A DNA stretch of 63,619 nt, the filler included, from Basidioascus undulatus (taxonomy: Eukaryota), in the NCBI GenBank assembly GCA_000826855.1. It is 5 parts of 5 records of this genome, joined end to end, with 100 filler letters (N's around TTAATTAATTAA, not from the genome) between each part and the next. Parts side by side here need not be neighbours in the genome. Positions count along the whole stretch, not along the records: positions 17,252 to 46,396 come from JTLS01000138.1; positions 46,497 to 55,011 come from JTLS01001380.1; positions 55,112 to 63,619 come from JTLS01001381.1; 2 more parts are not named here. One strand, written 5' to 3'. Of the stretch, positions 41,824-55,195 are shown piece after piece. A program made the translations under genes and the position numbers. Every line of letters begins with the position of its first letter. Within the stretch, counting starts at the first letter, position 1. Below the pieces are notes generated by a model. That model was not told the DNA's origin, did not search any database, and saw only the letters and a list, made by a program, of their open reading frames with translations.

Positions 41824-42497
41824 TTGCTGTTGATACTGAGGTTATCAGACGAGGCGGGAGGGTGATTGTGGCAGAAGTCGAGCAGAGCGGCGATGGCGGC
41901 GACAGCAGAAGCGGCGGAATGGCTGGCTGAGGGTCGACCATACGTCTTTTGGGGGCCGCTTAAACCACCGAATTGCCATTGTCAGTGATAGTTCTAGAGT
42001 TTTCAGGTCTTTACAACGTGCACTCCTCCAAGTTCCCTTTTTGACTATTCACCGAGCAGTTTGCTCGCGTTGAACTCAGCTGCGTTATTTACGTATTCAA
42101 TTGAATGCAGCTGCGTATTGTCCAATATCAATTGGATGCGAAAAAATCTGCTCTATGCCTCTAGCGAAACTGGCGGACGTCCTCAAACATGGGTCAAGGA
42201 CAGCGCATCGTCTCGCCGCCCATGATGCTGGTCTCCGCCGCGTGGCTGTGCTCACCGATCAAGCCCGCGACGAAAGGAAGACTTTGGTGAAGCTCTTTGA
42301 TTTAAATCGTGATTAAGTATACCAGATAGTGCATCGCAACAGCAGGAAAATAAGGCAACTTGGGGCAAAGGTAGTATGATTATGTACGAGTCGGGAGTGT
42401 CCAGATCCATAAAGCCAGAGTGGAAAACGATGTAAGAAGAGCGTCCAATGTGAAGAGTCCGATAGCAAAGGTCCGATGGACAGGTGGAGGAGTGAGA

Positions 42498-43344
42498 TCA
42501 CTTGGTCCAAACCTGGTTAGTGTTGCCGGTGGTGCACTGGTACGTCTGAAGCAGGTTGCCGTTGGCAAGCGCACCACCAGTAAGGTCGAGGCACTGGCCT
42601 GTCGAGCGGAGATTGTCAGAACGGCCAGTATCAACGAGAAAGCGGCTAACAAGACGCAAGACCAACCCTGGTTGTAGAGAGCAATGCGGTTGTCGCCTGT
42701 GTACCACCACTGCTGGGCGGGCAGACCGTCATAGCACTGCCAGATCTTGGCGCCAACATTGTTTCCGGGAGCTGAGAGATTATTCACGCCTTTAGCGATT
42801 GCGTGGAAGATGGAAAGGTTTCTATCAGCTCGCGGACTTACTCGAGCCAGCGTCGAGGCAGAAGTTGGTGCCGGCGATACGAACGGACGTCAGGCCTGTA
42901 AAGAGTACAAGCTCTCAGTACCATTCGCAATAGAGGGAAGAGACAATGTGAAATATGAACTGCTGCGTACCAGGGTTGACGACCCAGCGCTGAGCGCCAG
43001 TGCCGTTGCAGTCATAGCTGTTCCGACCCAAGAGGTCAGCATTGTTTGAAGGCACGGATGGATGCAGTGAAACGGAGAAAATACACCCACATCTGAACCG
43101 GAGTACCATTAGCGAACACCCCGCCTTGAACGTCCATGCACTTGTTCGCGTTGCCGTTCGGGTGGAGCGCGACGCCGCTGCCCTGGGGCGGGCTGGTCGA
43201 GGTCGGAGTGGCCGTAGTGCTGGTGCCTGTCGCGGTGACGGTGGTAGTAGTCGTCGGGCTGCTGCAGGGCGGGCAAACAGGCGCCTGGGGAAGGGCGACG
43301 GCGACCGCGGCGAGGAAGAGGGTGAGGACGGCGGTGGGGTACAT
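42498..43344 (-). CDS. Secreted ricin-B lectin (CBM13) with Thr-rich linker
   Basis: Signal peptide, KCMDVQGGVFANGTPVQIYDCNGTGAQRW, NFCLDAG, KIWQCYDGLPAQQW, QCLDLTGG...LQTYQCTTGNTNQVW (QxW repeats); four GT-AG introns keep the frame. Confidence 0.93.
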
Positions 43345-43449
43345 GGTGAGGTGAGTGGAGTGGAGATATGAAAGCGGTGGTGGTGGTCGAGCTGAGTGGT
43401 TGAGAAGAGAAGTACTGATGGAGGTAGGACTCCCGGGAAGAGGAGGGCG

Positions 43450-43456
43450 TTTTATA
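43450..43456 (-). promoter_or_regulatory. TATA box of the lectin gene
   Basis: TATAAAA on the minus strand about 105 bp upstream of the ATG. Confidence 0.5.
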
Positions 43457-43949
43457 TGCCTTCAACTGCATTGTTGGTCGGCAACTTCGCATGGTGCACG
43501 CACACCCGCGGGAACTTGCGGACGGTCATATGCTAGGGGTAAGAAGCCATGGAGCACAGCTTCGTAGCACAGCTTTCAAGAATAAAGTGCAATCATTGCT
43601 TAGAAGGAGGCGGAAAAGGTGAAGGAGTCGCAGAGCGTGCGGCAGTCTCACTGAACTGCAGGCGGCGGACGGCAGCCACGTGCCCTCGCTGGCTCCGGTC
43701 ATGCAACTTGACCGTCCGCCTTTTGAAACATATGTGTGGAACTCCATGTCAGCCATGGGAGTTCCCATCCAGTAGGGAGGTTCCGTGGCGGCCGAAGCTT
43801 TTGGCTGGAGACGAAATTAAGCGTTGATGTAGGAGATCCACTTGAACCACGACGGCATGTACTGACGCGGCAGAACATAGCCGACTGTTCTCAGACAAAG
43901 TTAGCGAAGACACACACTTCAAGCGCGGAGCTGAACTGACTGAATAGGA

Positions 43950-46396
43950 TTGCAATGTTCAGGCCGATCTATTGCGACCATGTGAGCTCGAGGCATGCAC
44001 AAAGCAGACAAGAAGCAGGGTTGACCTACGACCGAGAAGCGGATCGCCTCGTTGAACGTCCGCGACAGCGCAGAAACGGCGCGGTAGAAGGATGTCAAGT
44101 TGATCTGCAGCAGCCAGTCAGCTGGCGCAGCTTCGAGATGAATAGGCGAGGCGTAAAGAAATTTACTGTGGTGATGAAGACGAAAAGAAAGTATATGAAG
44201 AACTGGCCAGCCTTGCGTTGCAAATTCGCAAGGAACTGCAGATGTCGCGTAAGCAAAGTGCTCGGAGGTTGGGGATGCGCTGGACAGCAACGACGTACGT
44301 AGACGATAATCGATTCAAGCACGACGATGAAGAAGAGCAATGGCAGATCGGCGACCACGCGAGCGAACGAAACAGCTGACGGCCGGTCTGCATGGAATTC
44401 GCTCGATATCAGCAGCTTTCCATGTGAGGTTAAGGATCTGCGGCTTACAGAATGCAAACTCGCGATGACGTTGGATGATAGTGCGCCCCGAAAGCGCATC
44501 CTGTAACGGGTTGTAGCGACCTATGGACAAAAAGGAGGAAAGCACAAGGCACGGACCATGATTTCCGACAACTGAAGCCAACCGGTGAAGAGGATGGAGA
44601 AGAAAAGGATTCCGCCGCGCGTGAAAGCGCCCGAGGACGACTGAGGTTCGCCGTAGAACACTGCATAAATCCCAGTTGTCGAGTCAGCAAGGGGAAAGAA
44701 GTGGAGCTATTCCTCACAGAAGGGCGCTACGCACGGGAAGAGACGACAAAGGACACGACAAGCACAGTCGCGAACTTCGTGTAGATCGACTGCCGATCAC
44801 TCCAGTGTAGTTCTGTTCCCGACCATCCGAGAGAGCCAAGTTAGAGTGGAACAGCCGCAACAGGGCACCACGACTTACGGAACTGCCTTTGGTGCAGTAG
44901 TAGATCTGCTCGGGGTAGCTGACGGTGTAAGGGCTAGCCTTGGGGATCCGCTTCTTCTTCTCGTCGCGCACGGCCATCTTGAACATGCCAATCTCCTGGG
45001 CCTTCTCGATCGACATGTTGTGGTCGACGGCGTGCATGAGCTGCGCGTACTCAGGCGAGTCCCGGAACGCCTTCTCGCGCTCCTCCGGCGTCCGCGGCGC
45101 CCGGTTCTCCCCACCGGGCCGGATCTTGCGGTCACCGGGGTCGGTGATGCTCGTGAGGAAGCTGTGGGTAGAATAGCAGATGAGCGCTGGCGGTAGAGAA
45201 GGGTACGAGGAAGAGTAGCAGCGCACTCGGGTGTGGTCTATTCGGATAGGGTGGCGTGGGGCGCAGAGTGATCAGGAGGGCGCAAACTGCGCACCTGGCG
45301 CGGAGCAGCGAGGAAGCCAAGCCGCTCGAAATAAGCGCGAGCTTCGTCCGCAGGTCCATTATAGACTGCAGCAAAAGGGAGCCGGGTCAACACCGCGCCG
45401 AGCGCCAGAGTTGCAAAGCGCGATTTCCAAACGCACTCATCCGGCCCTCGTCGATCAGCAGCACCCGGTCTAACAGTTTGTAAATGCCCTCGCCGGCCTG
45501 GTACAGCGTCGCGATCGTGCTGCTCTGCGTAACGTCCGTGAGGATGCGCATCGAGCGCACGTAATCGACGGCGGTGCTGGCATCCTGACGGACGAGCGCT
45601 TTCACAGTCAGTACGCTGGATGCGGCATGGGTAGGGGAACGACGTACGAGACCACGGGTAGAGTTGTCGAACGCAATCACCGATGCGCGCGTGACGAGCG
45701 TCTCCGCAATACTGAGGAGACTGTTTGTTAGCGGGACACAATGCAGGCGCAGAAGGAAACCGCAGAGGTGTCTCATACCTGACTCGCTTGCGCTCGCCAC
45801 CAGAGACGCCACGCACGTATTCGTTGCCGACGATCGTGTTCTCTGTATGGGATATGCCGAACATCTTGAGGAGAACCGACAGAAGTCTGCGACAGCGAGC
45901 GTGTCAGATCGCACAGACATACAAGCAAAAAGACAAGGGGAGGCTGGGTTCCTTCCTATCCACAATCCCACCCAGAAGGGAATCACGCACAGCACCCGGA
46001 TCCCGGTCGACCGAGAACGAGTAGCATCTCGCCAGGGCGAATATGGCCGCTAAAGTCGTTAATGAGGTATGAGGTTGCGCGTGGGAGGGGAGCGGCCGAT
46101 GCGCAGGAAGGGTAAGTGCGAGACCAGCCAGCGGTACTGGTCCAAACCGAAGGTCGACACGACTGCATCCGGGAAAGTGCGCACGAACTGGAAGGAAAGA
46201 GGTGTTTGATAAAGTTTTGACATTGGTCTCAAGGAAGAGGACTGGAAGAAGACGTACCGTCGTGCCTGTTCCAGCGCCTTTCACAGTCTGGATCAACCAT
46301 TTCTGTGAGTATGGCGTAACAATACAACCCGTTGCACTACGCACGAGATTCTTCCATTCAACGCCTAGCCTGCCTTTCTGAGTCTTGCCCGCCGAC
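43950..46396 (-). pseudogene. PDR-type (ABCG) ABC transporter remnant, N-terminal half only
   Basis: [102 protein letters not shown]. Part of NBD1 appears deleted and there is no room for NBD2-TMD2 before the lectin gene. Confidence 0.85.
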
Positions 46397-46496
46397 NNNN
46401 NNNNNNNNNNNNNNNNNNNNNNNNNNNNNNNNNNNNNNNNTTAATTAATTAANNNNNNNNNNNNNNNNNNNNNNNNNNNNNNNNNNNNNNNNNNNN
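46397..46496. other. Assembly gap with TTAATTAATTAA linker
   Basis: 100-nt N run with central linker. Confidence 0.98.
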
Positions 46497-48232
46497 AGAA
46501 GCTCTTCGGCTGTGGGACCGCACCGTGCTTTCGAGACCATCCCCCGCCCGCCCCCATCCTATCCGATCCCATCCGCCGCACCAGCGGTATCCGCCAATTT
46601 CCCCAGCGCATCCAGCGCGCCTACCGCCCACAGGTTGAGCTCGCGCGGGGAGGCGGCTCGGGAGGGCGCGAAAAGTCGGCGCAGGGGCGGGGGTGTTGGT
46701 GTGGGCGCGGATTTGGTCGCTCGCGGGCAGCGACTCACCGAGTGGAGCCCATGTCGATCTGTCGGGGGGTCGTGAACGGTGAGTACGGCGGCGAGAAGAG
46801 CGATATTAAGGGCGAGGACTAACGTCTTGAACGTCCTACCGGAATTCGAGATCAACCGCAAAGCACAACTTGCATTTTCTCTCGCCTGCCCCGCGAGGAG
46901 CGCGGGAAATGCTGAGATGCTTTTGGTGGGTTCGAAAGAAAACAACCCAAGTTCGGCGGAGCCGCCCCTGAACAAGCACCGCAGTGCATTCGTTTTTTGA
47001 CCGTTTCCGTTTTCCTACTCATTTTGTCCACTTCATCTATGATTAGACCGTGTGAATTGCGGTTCCTGTCCATAGGTGTGGATGGAATCAAGGTAAATAC
47101 CGCAGCGCGCGTACGTGCAATTCGTCAGTGAGTGGGTCCACTGTGCGTCGCAGTTTCAGGCGTTGCTACCGACACGGCCACCCAAAGTCAACTAGAGATT
47201 CAAGGTTCTTTTTTCTTAAAAAAATGAATGCCTGTATCTCGAGGAAGCTCCGGTTTCTGTGAGGCGTCGAGGAGATAGCCATAGCCACCGCTCGCAATAG
47301 CCTCCCTTAAAATGACTGCGTGCGTCTTCGATCAGGCAGATGCAGTTCGTCCACAGCAGGACAGCGTTCCTACAACCATACAGCCTCACTAGTTCAGATG
47401 TGATTCAGACTCTTCTAACTTAGAGGGACCCCCTCACTATTCGCAACTGCCGCGCTGCCACCACAGATCTGCGCTCCGCACGTGCACTGCCACCGACGGT
47501 GCTTGGACAATCACATGTAGTGGGTCTTTGGGGCATAGCATAAGAGGAAACGAATCCCGTCAAGTCTTCGGTACGAAGTCTCGATTCTACTGAGATTGGC
47601 CGACAGGAAATGGAAGATGTTGCCAGCGCACGCGTCCCTTCTTTCCGTCTGCTTCCCTTGCACGATCTACGCCCAATCGAACTTCAGTCTAGTAGGACAC
47701 CAAAAGCCAGGAAATTTTGAAGAATGGGTCTTTGTAATCCTAGGCCGTTGCGCCAACCATCAGAGGTACCTGGCATGAACTTGTGGATCAGCAATAATCC
47801 ACCACTGTGTGCCGTAGGTGGATGATCAGTGCGCTTGACAAACAGCAACCACTCTCAATCCGGTAAAACCATAGAAGCTTGAATGGGAAAAGGTATAATG
47901 ACGCCCTCTTTTGAGGACAAGAACTCCCCTTGACAGATGTAGAATGAAGGCCTGCATCTCCAGAACGAGCAACATCGAGGCGTGGCCTGCCAGTTTTTCA
48001 CACGACCCCGAGTTCATACAATTTTGAGTCCACAACACCCAGCTTTGAGATATTCATACGAGCTGGGACCACCGCAAGGCGTTACGACATGGATTCTGCC
48101 CCCGAGCACACCTTGCTGCGCGTTGCCCTGGACCGCTTCCCATTGAGCTACGAACGTGGGAAGTAAGCTTCTATCGCTTGCTCTTATGAAGATCTTTTAG
48201 CGGGATATATGAGTTGGAGAGTTATGAGAACG

Positions 48233-49204
48233 TCATGGAAAGCCCTGCACTGGTCTACCGTCTAGCCAGACGGACTCGAGCGATACAACAGCACGCAGTG
48301 TACGCCCTCTCGCAATAGCCATGCATAAATACCACACTCTATCTCCATCCCGTTCCTCCGTACATATCACCGCCTCCTTCGTCTCAAAGGCACCGCTCCA
48401 TAAACTGTACACTCCACTGATCGAGCTTCCTCTCCTCGACCGGCACATCCTGCGGGTAGACATGCGCCCCCGCGCCGGCGTGCACGGAGAGGAAGAGGTC
48501 GTCCATCGATGGGAAGAGGCTCAAAATCTTGTCTCTCTTCCCGAGTGCGGCTTTATGGTTGACGGTAGGGGCGGCGGGGAGCGAGAGCTGCTGCTTGGTA
48601 GGGCCGTCCGCCGTAGGGGGAACCAGAGCGGCGCGTGGGGCGGTGCAGCTGTCGGAGACGATATTGGAGCTGAGTGGAGAACGGGCAGGAACCAGAACGG
48701 GTAAGAGAGAAAAGACGCCCTCTGCCTGCTCCGACGACGACGGCGATGAGATCGAGAGTCGGGCGGCGGGACCCGGGAGGGCGAAGGTGGACTCGGCCGG
48801 CGTGGATGGCTGGCTGGCGGGGCGGTAGAAGATTTCGGAGGCGTCGAAGAGGGGGGTTCTGGTTGCGTAAACAAGGTGTCTATCAGATAATACTCCTTAA
48901 AACATGCGGGAGATGGGAGATTTCCAGCTAGGAAAGGAGGAGGTAGAGAGGAAAGACAGAGAGAAACGCACTCAGGCATGGTCGTCCAGACTTCCCCATG
49001 AAGTTTAATCGGCGAGAGGTCGAGTGATTCCTTCACCGGCACCACCAAAATTCAGCTCTTCCACCCCCAATCTTTCGAACACCCGAAGAAAGCGAAACCC
49101 GTACGCACATAGTCCTGCATCAGCCTTAGCGGCACAGGGCGGATGGACAGCGAGACGGGCACGCTGCGGGCGGCGACTAGCGCGACGAGAGAGGAGGGGG
49201 TCAT
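48233..49204 (-). CDS. Hypothetical Ser/Pro-rich protein (3-exon model)
   Basis: ATG at 49204; two GTGCGT...AG introns join MTPSSLVALVAARS...QDY / ESLDLSPIKLHGEVWTTMP / ETPLFDASEIFYRP... into one frame ending at 48233; no family recognised. Confidence 0.45.
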
Positions 49205-50099
49205 ATTGGCGATCTTAACAGAGAAATGTCAGGGTTTGGGATGAAGGCGCGGAGCAGGTGAGGGAGTGCAGTGATCTACGCTGCGACGGTGCGGTGGGTT
49301 GGGGAGGGGGGTGCGAGGCCGGCTCGTTGGGTGGAGTGGAGAGGAAAGTACGGGATGCGAGGTAGTGGGTGTGGGCATCTTATAAAGTTGAGGTCTTGTA
49401 AGTGGCTGTTTTCAGAAGGGAGAAGGCGCGAAGGCTGGTATGCACAACACAACACGCACTGTGCCGCTGCGAAGGGGCGGCGAGGCGTGGGGTGCTTTCA
49501 TTTCGAGCCGGGTTACATGCTGCGTCGGTCGGGGATTGATGAAAAGAATATCAATGTTTTCAAGCACTCGTGGGTAAGAACTTCTCAAGAGTTGGGGTAC
49601 CAGTGCCCGTTCAACACCTGTTCTTGAGCAAGGATCTGGGAGGCCGCGCCAAGCAGCTGCGTTCCGTTCTGACCCCGCGGTACGGGGCTCGCTCCCAGAG
49701 TTTTCATACGCCTGAACTGATATATCCTTCACAAATATTCAGGCATCCCCCGTCTGAGTTTAACGCTGGTTACTGCGTTCATGACCGCAGTCGGAAGCGA
49801 CTGCTCTACTGCCAGTTACTTTTGCCGTGTGCGAGAAGAATGACAGCGAGCCGCAAGAAGTCCTTTAGTTACAATGGGGTATAACACAGGCGAAACCGGA
49901 GGGCAGCATGGGAAATGTGAATGGAGAGAAAGGAGGCATAGAAAGCAGGGTGCGCGACGCACGCCGGCCCTGAACAACTGTATCGGCGCTCAGAGTTCGT
50001 GCCCCCGATAGCGCGCGAAGAGATTTGTGCGCGTAAGGGGACTTGGGCGCACCTTCTCTTTTCCCTTGTGACCCTCACCCCGTCGTCCTCAAGAGAAAA

Positions 50100-51469
50100 A
50101 TGGTGCTTACTCTCTTTATCGTCGCCGCCGACGCTCCCGACGACGACGCAGTGCGGGATGGGCAGCTGGGCGGATTCTGCGTCGTCGTCGTCGGCGGGGC
50201 GGCGCCGGCGAGCTCGTTCTCCCTCCGTCTTCCACTCACTCACACTCTGCTCCCTCTCTCCTCTCCGCCTTCCTCTCCCCTAGGCCCGCGGTCCTAAGAA
50301 GCACCTCAAGCGGTTGGCGGCCCCGAGCTCTTGGATGCTCGACAAGCTGTCGGGTGTTTACGTGCGCCTCTTTCCCTAATATCACCGTGGACCAGGATCT
50401 ATGGAATGCGTTGATGCTGACATGAGGAGTTTCTGACCCTCGCTCTCTTGCCCCTCTCGTACACCTACACGGTTCAACTACGTGCTGCTGTGTACATAGG
50501 CTCCCCGCCCCAGCCCCGGCCCGCACAAGCTCCGCGAGTCGCTGCCTCTGACGATCCTGCTCCGCAACCGTCTGAAGTACGCGCTCTCGTCGGGCGAGGT
50601 CACCTCGATCCTGCACCAGCGCCTGGTCAAGGTCGACAACAAGGTCCGCACCGACACGACCTACCCCACTGGCTTCCAGGGTACGTTTGGCTATCTATGG
50701 GTTGGCGGAGAGGACGCTGCGTTGGGGAGGTAATTTTTGGGCGGGCGACTGACTCCCCCTCAATTCCTTTGGACAGACGTCGTTTCAATTGAGGCTTCGG
50801 GCGAGCACTTCCGCATCCTCTACGACATCAAGGGCCGCTTCACGATCCACCGCATCACCCCCGAGGAGGCGTCGTACAAGCTCCTCAAGGTGAAGAAGCA
50901 CCAGCTCGGCGCGCGCGGCATCCCCTACGTCGTCACCCACGATGGCCGCACCATCCGCTACCCGGACCCGGCTATCAAGGTCAACGACACGATCAAGTAC
51001 GACCTCCAGCAGAACAAGATCACCGAGTTCGTCAAGTTCGAGCAGGGCAACCTCGTCATGTGCACCGGCGGTCGTAACCAGGGCCGTGTCGGCACCATCG
51101 TCCACCGCGAGCGCCACCTCGGCGGCTACGACATCGTCCACATCAAGGACGCCCTCGACCGCCAGTTCGCGACCCGTCTGTCCAACGTGCGTCGCTCGCT
51201 CTCTTCCCCTCGCTTCCTCCTCCGCGGCTGACGTCCTTCCCCTTCCTACCCCCTCCAGGTCTTCGTCATCGGCGAGGGCGCCAAGGCGTGGATCTCCATG
51301 CCGAAGGGCGGTGGCGTCAAGCTCTCCATCACTGAGGAGGTTTGTCGTCTTCCACCCCTTCCCCTTTCCTCCCCGTTCATCTACCTCTCCCATCGTGCCG
51401 AGTCTGATATCCTTTCCCCGTTCCCCCTCATAGCGCGACGTCCGCCGCCGTCGCGCCGCCGCCGAGTAA
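50100..51469 (+). CDS. RPS4: 40S ribosomal protein S4 (eS4)
   Basis: First coding exon is ATG only, then [83 protein letters not shown] at 51467-51469. Confidence 0.98.
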
Positions 51470-54273
51470 ACTTGCTCGTTCTCTCTTGCTGCGATGCGAT
51501 GTGCTTCTCCCCTTTCCTCCGCCCCGGGTCTCATGTGTGCGAAGTGATCTATGCTGTGTGGGCTGGGCCGCGCTCCCTTCCTCCCGACACCATGTACTTT
51601 CTTTCCTTGCGCCCGCGTGGCCGCCGCTGCTTCTGAATTGGTCACGCCAGAATTGAAAGGATCAGTGAGAACTGAGGGATCGGAATCGTCAGGGCTTGGG
51701 ACAAACTTGAAACCGTTGTTGCGCACGCTCGCATCAGCGACAGTCTCGCCGACCATCCTGATCTTAAAGTATCTCGCAGGGTCTCGCCTGCTTCGTAGGC
51801 CTTCGCCGGAAGGACATGCTCGTCGTCGCTCCTCGTCAGACGCTTTCTCTTCGTTACGCACGGCGGTTCGACGGCCCGAGGTAGTCTGAACTTTGAGGCT
51901 CTGTACGCAACGTCTTCCTCTCCCCGCCCAACCTCGGCTTGGAATGTGCTGGACTCGACGCTGTTGCAGATTTTACGATCATTATCAGGATGCGAGGGGA
52001 AGAGGAAGCTCTGATAGAAGTGGGCATTGGAGGCGGCGACTTGATTGGGGACACGGCGGCATGCCGGAACGGAACTACCGACGCACTTCCGGACGTGCGA
52101 CTGGTGCTGTTGGGTAATCAAATTGTTTCATTTTCCTTCCGTTTTTTTATGGGCGTTGGCCCGAACGTAAGAGTCGCGAAGACGTCGTGAAGGGGTGTCG
52201 TATTGCCACCATCGCTGCGATATGCGATCGACGAGGTACGCAATTTGCTGCAAGGTGCATGCGCTGGGAAAGTACGGCTATTTTTTGACCACTTTGCTGT
52301 TGCAGTTTTCGTCGGTCAAATCCCTAGAATCGTGGTGAAAACCGCAACGCAGGGCACCGCGGCAGTCGGGCAGCTGGCTGAGGCACCTCATTAACAGCTC
52401 GTTGCATCCGTCGTGCAGTCCGTTGGACCAAAATATGGGAGCAATTTTCTAAACATATATTTCGCAAATTTCTCAATTGATAACACACTCTCTTCTGGCA
52501 CGGCGAGGCAACGGCTCCCTGCTGTGAAGCCGGTTCGGGTTGACGGTGTCGCGCGCGCGGGGTCGCAGTGGACAGTTGGGATCGCGACAATCGAAGAGTT
52601 CGGAGAGCGTGGTGGTAGTAACTGGAAGATTTTTGAGCTTACTTCTTATCCGAGATGTTGTCCCCTCAAAACACTTAAAGTGAAGTGACGTCGAATCCTC
52701 TGACGATTGCTTGCATAGCGGGCACTCCTTTCAACCGTGCTCGCCTGATATACTCCACGGCATCTCTTCTGGAACTGTTCAGGTAGTACTTGTAACTGTA
52801 GTCACTAGAACCTATACCGCTTCATCCTCGTGCGAGAAGGAAGGATCCTGTGATTCTGCAGACAGTGCAGGCTGCGTCTTGGGACACTTGGTAAGTATCG
52901 CACGTGGGGAAACGCGGTCCCCGCTAAGTAAAAGTATAGAGTAAGCCAGAGTATTGTTACTCAGTAAATGGCACACGCAACCGGAAGTAAATAGGGCCTG
53001 GCGACTGAACTTGAGTGAAGAAACGCCGACACCAACATCTGGACTCGGTGTACATGTCTTTGTTGTCGCTCGTCTGGCGACCGAGAAGTGAATGGGCGTG
53101 AAGGCCGCCTGATCTTATCAAAACCATAAAATGCCAGGCAGGACGAGTTGAGTGCCTCCAAAGCAGGTTCATACAGGCTAGTCATCCGCAACGATTCAGA
53201 CTTTCACGGAGCGGAGGTCGACCGCCTTGGGGGATTCGGCTCGATCAGGGGTTCCTGTAAATAACTGCAGACATGGAATTAAAGGAAAACCAGAGCGAGC
53301 ATTGTCGGTTCAGCAACGCTTTACCTCAATGCTGACTGTGAGTCATTCCACACTCCACTTGTACGTCGACCGATTCGCGGAGCGCCGCACTTCCCCGGCG
53401 GTTGGGTTTCTCGGGACTGAAAGTGATCTCAGAAACTTAGGAGCCTTTCAATATGGGGATACTTTCATTGCCATCTGCCACAGGATAGAAAAGTAGTCGC
53501 GCAGACTTACGAGTCCCGGCGGATACTCAGCGGACCATCCACCGGCGCTCGACCTTGGTACTCGGCTGAGCGTGACGCACACCTGTAGGGTCAATGTATG
53601 TCTCCAAGGCTGTGTGCTCAACTGGGCACGCACACACGATATGGCTAGAGCATCAGCTTCAGGACCGGACGCGGCGGTGGTGAAAGTGTTGAATGGACTG
53701 AAACAGTCTCGTCGCTTAACGTCGCTACACGTCTCAAGCTCAGTACAAGTGTATAAATTCTCCGACTGTTTGCAGTTGTTACAGGTTCAAGCTGATTGTA
53801 CGACCCGCCCCCTCCTCCAGACCCTTTCGTGGCGGGAGCCCTACTCCCCACCTCAAGGCATATGAGCTCCCGTTGGAAGAAAGAGCGAAAGAAAATGGGA
53901 GGGTAGTGGAAGAGGAAGCGGGAAGACGCACAGGACCCCTCTGGCTTACCTCTGCCGCTTATAGGGTGCTCTATCAGAACGAGAAAGTTTGATGTATTTG
54001 CTAGTATCACGCTGCTGCCTAATTTGTCGTCCCTCCGTGGATCACAATCACACATTGCCGAATGTCCCATGCTTCGTCGTGCTGAAAACAACTTGCATAG
54101 TCCGGCGTGAAATAGCAGCTGCGTCAAGCTGCGTGAAACTGCGAGGCCGAGGACTGCGCGTGGACCGCCAGCGCCGGAAGCTTGGGCCGTTGCATCATGC
54201 TCACGCCCGTCTGCCATCTGCCATCTCTACGCCTTGCTCTTATTTTCCTCCATTCCCACCGCGAAGGGACCCC

Positions 54274-55011
54274 ATGCCGGACCCCTCCATAGTCGCGCGC
54301 TTACGCGCATTCGAAGGCGGGACCCCTCCCCCGGCAGCAGCGCGCTCGCCCTCCCCGTCACCCGCCCCGTCCTCCTCGCCCTCACCCGCGCCGAGTCTGA
54401 GACTCGACGAGTTCGTAGCGCGCACGAGCCGCACGCCGAGCCCGCGGGTGAACCGCGTGCCTCTACCGCCTGTTGTTAGTCCGGTGAGCCAGGTGCGGGT
54501 GGGGCGGGCGGCGGAGGGCGGGGAGCAGGCACAGCAGCAGGTGCGTGATGCGTCCTCTGTGCAACTCTTGGGATGCTGAATGTTTGGGGGGAACAGAGAA
54601 TGCCAGTAAAAGATATCATATCGCTGTACACCTCCTCCCCCACGCGGACGTCTTCCCCCCCAACCACCGCGTCCTCCGACCCGCTCCCGTCCATCCCGAC
54701 TCTCACCCCGCAGCAGCGCAGCCCCATCTCCTCGCGCGCGCCCTCGCCCTCCGTGTCGCACTCCTCCCCCTCTACTACCACCCACTACCCGCCCACCTCC
54801 CTCGCGGAGCTCAACGAACAGCTGCAGCGCCGCCCTGCCCCGCCGAGGCTGAAGGTCGAGACGCGCACGTCGGGAGCGGGCGCGGGGGGAGCGGCAGACG
54901 ACGAGCAACTCATAACGTTCTCGCCCACGCTCGAAGGAAGCGGCAGCGGGAGCTGGATCACGCTCCAGCCTCCCACGCCGGACCCGAGCGCCTTCCCACC
55001 CTCCCCTCATT
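54274..55011 (+). CDS. Hypothetical Pro/Ser-rich protein, N-terminal part (runs into gap)
   Basis: MPDPSIVARLRAFEGG..., a GTGCGT...AG intron at about 54541-54597, and an open GC-rich frame up to the gap. Confidence 0.6.
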
Positions 55012-55111
55012 NNNNNNNNNNNNNNNNNNNNNNNNNNNNNNNNNNNNNNNNNNNNTTAATTAATTAANNNNNNNNNNNNNNNNNNNNNNNNNNNNNNNNN
55101 NNNNNNNNNNN
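55012..55111. other. Assembly gap with TTAATTAATTAA linker
   Basis: 100-nt N run with central linker. Confidence 0.98.
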
Positions 55112-55195
55112 CCTTCCCGTCCCCTGCCTTCCTTCCTCCACACCTTACCTCCTCCCCTTACCTCCTCCCACTAACCCCTCCCCCGCCCCCAACAG

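Noticed and set aside
46497..46752. Short minus-strand exon (ATG GGC TCC ACT CG followed by GTGAGT) as the first exon of the PDR gene
   Set aside because: Plausible first exon of some gene, but it is separated by an assembly gap and cannot be linked.
50362..50499. Possible box C/D snoRNA in RPS4 intron 2
   Set aside because: CTGA and ATGAGGA occur, but there is no proper RTGATGA box C at a suitable distance and no guide sequence I could recognise.
51500..54200. Short ORFs in lower-GC intergenic DNA (also 7400-8500, 16200-17150, 29600-32200, 47000-48200)
   Set aside because: No motif, splice model or paralogy recognised; they may be older remnants but cannot be supported.
8527..55111. Repeated TTAATTAATTAA palindromes in N runs (four sites)
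   Set aside because: Identical 100-nt gap spacers with a six-frame stop linker; an assembly artefact. Gene adjacency across these gaps is not assured.
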